A stretch of DNA of 49,836 nucleotides from the IMG/VR virus record IMGVR_UViG_3300037408_000887, positions 1 to 49,836 of that record. One strand, given 5' to 3'. Under the pieces are notes generated by a model. The model saw nothing but the letters and a program-made list of their open reading frames with translations, did not search any database and was not told where the DNA came from. The position numbers were made by a program, and so were the translations under genes. Below, piece by piece: positions 45,585 through 49,836 of this stretch (position 1 is the stretch's first letter; each line of letters starts with the position of its first letter). The stretch is from a virus. Lineage: Duplodnaviria > Caudoviricetes.

Positions 45585-46423
45585 TTCCCGTTCTTCCATT
45601 CGGCGATTTTTTCATTCGCCGTAATAATCTTTTCGATTTCCTTGTCGATCACCCTGTTATCCCATCCGAACTTCTCGCAAAAAGCATACGCCGTCTTGGG
45701 AGTATAACCGAGAATCCTGAATCCGCTCTTTATTTTATCGGGGAGTTTTGAGATTTTTTCCTCGGCATCCTTCCGCTTCGCCTGACTTTCTCCCCAATTC
45801 CCGTCGTCATCCTCCCCTCCGGTCACGATCCCGAATGCATTCCTGAATGCGTACCTTTGGGCGAACGTCTGCGCCGATCCGAATGATTGAGAGTCAGTCA
45901 TGAAATCACTTTTCTCTACCTCGATCGTGAACGATGATCTTTCGCTATGTCCCGCCACATGAGTCGCGACGACAACCGCTTCGATCGCCATCTTCGCACC
46001 ACGATCCAGAAGGTTCGTCTCGGTCTTATAGCTGAATCCATGCTTTACCATGATAGGCTTTACAATCTTTACGATATCCTCGATGGGAGCATATCGATAT
46101 CGTTCACCACCGCCTTTTTCCGGTTTGTTCTTCACGACCTTTTTCTTCGGGATGATCGGGCATTCTGATTGAAACGACGCCATTGCCTCGCGATATTGAA
46201 CTTCCGCTTCCTCAGCTTTCAGCTTCCGGCGAAGGTCCATAAGCCGTTCAATGACATCAATAGGGGCCCCCGACTGAACCGCCGTCATCAAGAGGAGTTG
46301 CGGATCAATCTCAACCGCCGCTCCCGGGGCGACCGGACCTAGAAACGCACTCGATCCAGACGGGGCCGGGAGTGCCTTGAATTTTTTTATTGGTTTCTTC
46401 TCTGCTTTCTTTTTTGTTGCCAT
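45581..46423 (-). CDS. erf: ERF-family single-strand annealing protein
   Basis: YRYA.IEDI...VKP...KHG and Q.FGSA.T.A.RY......GI..G.EDDDG motifs. Start MATKK at 46423. Confidence 0.88.
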   Translation of the reverse strand: MATKKKAEKKPIKKFKALPAPSGSSAFLGPVAPGAAVEIDPQLLLMTAVQSGAPIDVIERLMDLRRKLKAEEAEVQYREAMASFQSECPIIPKKKVVKNKPEKGGGERYRYAPIEDIVKIVKPIMVKHGFSYKTETNLLDRGAKMAIEAVVVATHVAGHSERSSFTIEVEKSDFMTDSQSFGSAQTFAQRYAFRNAFGIVTGGEDDDGNWGESQAKRKDAEEKISKLPDKIKSGFRILGYTPKTAYAFCEKFGWDNRVIDKEIEKIITANEKIAEWKNGK

Positions 46424-46424
46424 G

Positions 46425-46673
46425 TTATTCCCCCTGTTGTTCTCGCGCAATTTCAAACGCCTTTTCCTGTAACGCATCATAAACCCACGCTTCCGTCACT
46501 TCGATAAGTTTATTTTCACGATCTCTCACAAACACCGTGAAATCAATATCCTCATCGTCGCCCGGGTCGCTGAATTTTGGATCATCGTGATCCACGGCAT
46601 GAGGCGCACGACGATACGGATGGTAGTAGTTAATTCGGATCAAGAACGAAAACTCGTGACACGCTTTTTCCAT
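46425..46673 (-). CDS. Hypothetical acidic early protein
   Basis: GGGGGTGTGTG RBS before ATG 46673. Confidence 0.65.
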   Translation of the reverse strand: MEKACHEFSFLIRINYYHPYRRAPHAVDHDDPKFSDPGDDEDIDFTVFVRDRENKLIEVTEAWVYDALQEKAFEIAREQQGE

Positions 46674-46691
46674 CACACACCCCCGTTGATT

Positions 46692-46868
46692 TTAGAGTTT
46701 GAATTTTTTGATTGTCGGGAAGTCCTTTTTAATCTCATCATCGAGAGCCTTGGTCAGAAGGGCCTCCATGACGATCCGAATGGTATATCCTGCCGCTTTC
46801 GCTTTGGACCCCACCACTCGATATTTCTTCACCAACTCGGGATTGACCCCTTTCAGATAGATATCCAT
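46692..46868 (-). CDS. 58-aa ribbon-helix-helix (Arc-like) regulator (not in ORF track)
   Basis: MDIYLKGVNPELVKKYR....KAKAAGYTIRIVMEALLTKAL; AAGGAGG RBS; first gene after the promoter. Confidence 0.7.
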   Translation of the reverse strand: MDIYLKGVNPELVKKYRVVGSKAKAAGYTIRIVMEALLTKALDDEIKKDFPTIKKFKL

Positions 46869-46887
46869 AACCGCCTCCTTTTCTTAT

Positions 46888-46934
46888 AAAATACGGACGC
46901 ACCTGATTTTTGTCAATCTTTTTTCTATTTTTTT
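46888..46934 (-). promoter_or_regulatory. Sigma70 early promoter with UP element
   Basis: TTGACA-17 bp-TATTTT; upstream AAAAAAATAGAAAAAAG. Confidence 0.8.
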
Positions 46935-47012
46935 GTAGAGGGTGTGGGGCCGGTTATTATGTGGCAACAAGGAGGATCGTGGGGAATAATAACCGGCCCC
47001 GGGGTGTGTGTG
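46935..47012 (-). ncRNA. Candidate small RNA / leader with a 15-bp stem and anti-RBS segments
   Basis: Perfect inverted repeat 46946-46960 / 46986-47000; upstream TTGACA-18-TACGCT promoter at 47020-47049. Confidence 0.4.
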
Positions 47013-47189
47013 CAAATAAAGCGTATGCAGAAAACCGCTTCAATGTCAATCTTTTTATTATGCGCTCAGACTGCTCAGAATGGCCTAGAATGAGCCTTTA
47101 TTTTTCGTGGTCCCGCACCACCAGAAAAGGGATAACTCGCCGCTCCGTCGAGGAAAAGGCCAATTCCGGGGACATCTGAGGGAGGTCAC

Positions 47190-47215
47190 AAAAAAACGGC
47201 CCGGAATAGGCCGTT
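47190..47215 (-). terminator. Intrinsic terminator ending the late / lysis operon
   Basis: AACGGCC-tattccg-GGCCGTT followed by a T-run. Confidence 0.8.
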
Positions 47216-47241
47216 AATTGGGTTTGGAGGTATCGTAGATG

Positions 47242-47778
47242 TCACCATCGGGCTTTAAGAGAAACATCAGCACCCGCCGCGAACGAGGAACGATCAAAAC
47301 TGGAATATGCAGAAACCCGGGTCCCGAGACCGATATTCCCCCACCATCGGGAATAATCGATCGAGCCCCCGATCATCGGTATTATTGTTTTGTCAAACGA
47401 TGCAATCATCAACCCGGGGCCTATTCCTAGTTCGTTCTTGGGGAGTCCTGAGGGAATGGCCAGCTTGAAAGATTTCGATGCTTTCTTGCAATCATCCCCG
47501 GCATTGACATTGAACCACCCGAGACGAGAGGAGTCAAGCGCACCAACTATTTTAATATCCGACCGATAACATTTCTCGAACCACGCGCAGGGGTTCGGGT
47601 CCCCGGACGGAGGGGGGAGATGATCGGTCTCCCCTTCTTCTTCATCGACAATTTCTAAAATCTCAGGGCATGTCGAGGTCCCGTATATATATGCCCCCAC
47701 GAGAGACCCTAGCCACAACGCCGCGAGAACAATTTTTATCGCGATACTTGCCTTTGTTGACAGCTTGACGTCACTCAT
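47242..47778 (-). CDS. Membrane-anchored lysis-module protein with C-terminal amphipathic beta strands
   Basis: N-terminal transmembrane helix; Gly/aromatic-rich beta strands ending in Trp. Confidence 0.6.
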   Translation of the reverse strand: MSDVKLSTKASIAIKIVLAALWLGSLVGAYIYGTSTCPEILEIVDEEEGETDHLPPPSGDPNPCAWFEKCYRSDIKIVGALDSSRLGWFNVNAGDDCKKASKSFKLAIPSGLPKNELGIGPGLMIASFDKTIIPMIGGSIDYSRWWGNIGLGTRVSAYSSFDRSSFAAGADVSLKARW

Positions 47779-48008
47779 TCGATCCCACCCCCAACGGTCT
47801 TTTTTATCGGGACATCATGAGCATTGTGTTCGCATCCCGCGCACTCGAAAGATGAGTAGAGGATAAGAGTGAAAATCCCCAATAGCAGGATTATTTTCAA
47901 TGCTCCGAAAATAGGAACTTTGATTTCGGTTTCTCCCCGCTTGAAAACAACCGCCTGAGTAAAAAACAGATAAAATTTTCCGCGCTCTTTTTTCGTTTTA
48001 GGCATCAT
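47775..48008 (-). CDS. Small membrane protein in the lysis module
   Basis: Hydrophobic segment IFGALKIILLLGIFTLILY; GGAGG RBS. Confidence 0.6.
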   Translation of the reverse strand: MMPKTKKERGKFYLFFTQAVVFKRGETEIKVPIFGALKIILLLGIFTLILYSSFECAGCEHNAHDVPIKKTVGGGIE

Positions 48009-48625
48009 GGCCTCCAATACATGCATCGACAATAACCATCTTTTACCCCGGGGACCTTGAGATATGGACGAATCCAGTCCAGAGAATAGATCACGTTATG
48101 TCCTGAATTTTTTTTGTGCCTGTCTGCATATTTATTCCGGGCATTCCCCGCAGGATCATTTCCAATGATAGAGCGGATGGATGCATCATAATCAACCGCA
48201 AGAATAATGTGCCCCCCGGGAAGGCCTCCCATTTTATGAGTCCCGAGAATAACGGGACCCATTCTTAAAACAGAGGGGAGACTCGAAATAAGCATGTCGC
48301 CATCTCTGAAAATGATTTTCCCGGCAACTCCGTTTCTCCACAAATACGTTTCGATTGCCTCCCGTTGCACCAACCACCACATCGACGTTCTTCCCGTAAT
48401 CCATCGATATTTCTGTTTTACCTTCTCCCCAATTCCCGGCTTACCGACCGTGGCCTCAACGTCATCAACATAATTCATCAATCCGCGATCATCGTCTGCC
48501 CTGATATTCTTCGCGTAGTATGACATGAACATCCATGACGTAGTAGAAAAGCATTGAATCCACCCGGAAAGTTTTTTCAAAAAATTAAAATTATCACTCT
48601 GATCATTATGTCCGATCTTTCTCAT
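48005..48625 (-). CDS. Putative endolysin, peptidase C39-like (papain fold)
   Basis: Q.DN...QCF.T, GGHII and NDP.G give the Cys-His-Asp layout; lies after the holin-like gene. Confidence 0.72.
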   Translation of the reverse strand: MRKIGHNDQSDNFNFLKKLSGWIQCFSTTSWMFMSYYAKNIRADDDRGLMNYVDDVEATVGKPGIGEKVKQKYRWITGRTSMWWLVQREAIETYLWRNGVAGKIIFRDGDMLISSLPSVLRMGPVILGTHKMGGLPGGHIILAVDYDASIRSIIGNDPAGNARNKYADRHKKNSGHNVIYSLDWIRPYLKVPGVKDGYCRCMYWRP

Positions 48626-48806
48626 GCCTTTTCTCCATTCTCATCTGTTCTTCGACAATCGAAAAAAATGACGCCATGCATTGAAAGTTCATGCAGATGG
48701 TTGACGATGGATGAGGGCACAACCCGCACACCCTTGATTTTATTTCAAAATAGAGATCACACTCTTTTTCGCTTTTTTGCCCGAGTTCCCCGGCGGCCAT
48801 CATCAC
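48606..48806 (-). CDS. Small Cys-rich hypothetical protein
   Basis: CGLC......C...QC; fills the gap. Confidence 0.45.
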   Translation of the reverse strand: MMMAAGELGQKSEKECDLYFEIKSRVCGLCPHPSSTICMNFQCMASFFSIVEEQMRMEKRHEKDRT

Positions 48807-49185
48807 GAGTTGATTCCATCCTTTTCATATTCTTTTTGCGGCAATACTCGATACAGGCGCGAACCTCGCCATGGTTGTCGGTCCTGTTGTATAATTCTTT
48901 CAGGTCCTTCCTGTGATTATTTAACTCAAGCGCGAAATCTCTTTTCGCATCTCGATATTCTCCCATCTTGAACTCGCCGAACTCTTTCCGATGCTCATCA
49001 ATACGAGTAAATGCCGCACGTACCTTTGCCTCCATCCCGTCAAAGTATTTTAAAAGAAGGTGACGAGCAAGAGACATGAAAAGACGACCGCCGATATAGC
49101 CAACCATGCCAGCAAGAACAAGTGAAATTGCAATTTTTTCAAACAACTGTTGAAATCCGCTATTCGAGAAAATCCTGTCAACCAT
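48757..49185 (-). CDS. Holin-like membrane protein (one TM helix plus coiled coil)
   Basis: TM segment IAISLVLAGMVGYIGG; lies upstream of the endolysin candidate. Confidence 0.5.
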   Translation of the reverse strand: MVDRIFSNSGFQQLFEKIAISLVLAGMVGYIGGRLFMSLARHLLLKYFDGMEAKVRAAFTRIDEHRKEFGEFKMGEYRDAKRDFALELNNHRKDLKELYNRTDNHGEVRACIEYCRKKNMKRMESTRDDGRRGTRAKKRKRV

Positions 49186-49186
49186 T

Positions 49187-49750
49187 TCATTCCACTATTT
49201 CCTTCTTGGGGTTATCACTTATGCATTCCAAAAGTCCATCTTCATTTCTCTCGAATTCAAGACCGATTGCCCTAAGGCTTTTCAATGTTCCAACGGCAAC
49301 GGTCCCGGTTGATTTATGTTCTAGTTCGGCATCATCAAGAAGTCTCCTCCTCCAATATGTTATCTCGGCTTTCTCGAAGTCCTCGCGAGTAAAATCGGGG
49401 AGTGATCGAATGATGTCCTCATAAACCTTGATTTCAATAAGGCAATCTTCTATCAGCTTCATTTCCGAATCAAGGCGATATTGCGCCTCATCGATATCCA
49501 CCTGTAGTCGTCTCTTGTCAAAACAGGAAAGATTTTCATCCTTCATTTTTTCTCTAGCTTCATCAATTACTATCTGATTTCTTCTCCGGCGAAATTGACA
49601 TTCATGTAGTGCTTTCATCTTGGAATCATATTGAAGCAATGTATTTCTATAGACCCTCTCCGGGGTCTCTGCATTTGCAATAAAATTCTGTATCTGGAAA
49701 ACAGAATTCCCGAAAGGGACTTGTCTCAATTTTTCTTTCATATCTGTCAT
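49187..49750 (-). CDS. Coiled-coil protein coupled to the Kelch fibre (putative chaperone)
   Basis: ATGA overlap with the fibre stop; S.FQ...F....TPER.Y and E..YW..RL motifs. Confidence 0.6.
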   Translation of the reverse strand: MTDMKEKLRQVPFGNSVFQIQNFIANAETPERVYRNTLLQYDSKMKALHECQFRRRRNQIVIDEAREKMKDENLSCFDKRRLQVDIDEAQYRLDSEMKLIEDCLIEIKVYEDIIRSLPDFTREDFEKAEITYWRRRLLDDAELEHKSTGTVAVGTLKSLRAIGLEFERNEDGLLECISDNPKKEIVE

Positions 49751-49836
49751 CCGATATATCCCTGAACTCCGGCACCGCTATCCCTCGCGGAATTAAGGGT
49801 TGCGACAATAACAACGGAGGTCTCATTTAAAAAATC
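49747..49836 (-). CDS. C-terminal end of the Kelch-repeat tail fibre (continuation of 1..1163)
   Basis: DFLNETSVVIVATLNSARDSGAGVQGYIG* aligns with the repeat NFSTEASAAIAATLDTAKDLCTGVSG. Confidence 0.8.
   Translation of the reverse strand, partial: DFLNETSVVIVATLNSARDSGAGVQGYIG

Noticed and set aside
47060-47160. Short periodic motifs (ctcaga/ctaga) as a cos or pac site
   Set aside because: Too weak; packaging ends cannot be determined without read-end data.
46910-47179. + strand 89-aa ORF with AAGGAGG before GTG
   Set aside because: The RBS spacing is only 3 nt, it overlaps minus-strand promoters, and it would be the only + strand gene. It is not fully excluded.

Overview
The window is an almost complete ~50 kb genome of a tailed phage with a contractile tail. 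All credible genes are on the minus strand. The sequence appears to be a circle opened inside the tail-fibre gene: the 47-aa Kelch-like repeats that run off base 1 reappear, with the stop codon, at 49747-49836. In transcription order (right to left) it encodes: the fibre C-terminus with a probable chaperone; lysis genes (holin-like, C39-like peptidase, membrane proteins); an early operon (RHH regulator, ERF annealase, PD-(D/E)XK nuclease, HNH, replication initiator with iterons); an AT-rich accessory block; NinB-like, VRR-NUC and HNH genes; a second early operon (DUF932-like, astacin lipoprotein); and the late genes (SGNH hydrolase, terminases, portal, a 1737-aa polyvalent protein, MuF-like protein, protease, scaffold, capsid, many decoration proteins, neck, sheath, tube, frameshifted chaperone, short tape measure, baseplate, fibre). 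I recognise no integrase, IntI, partition system or DNA polymerase. The most striking unexplained structure is at 40441-41990: five integron-type gene cassettes with attC-like sites and a possible attI-like site. The array has no integrase, its ORFs are inverted relative to the attC sites, and in two cases an ORF reads through an attC arm. Other highlights are a head polyprotein that seems built of protease-separable modules sharing a Trp-rich leader, a candidate anti-RBS small RNA, and a G9 tract in a promoter spacer. A spirochaete-like host is only an inference. All product calls are by-eye motif and synteny assignments, not database results.
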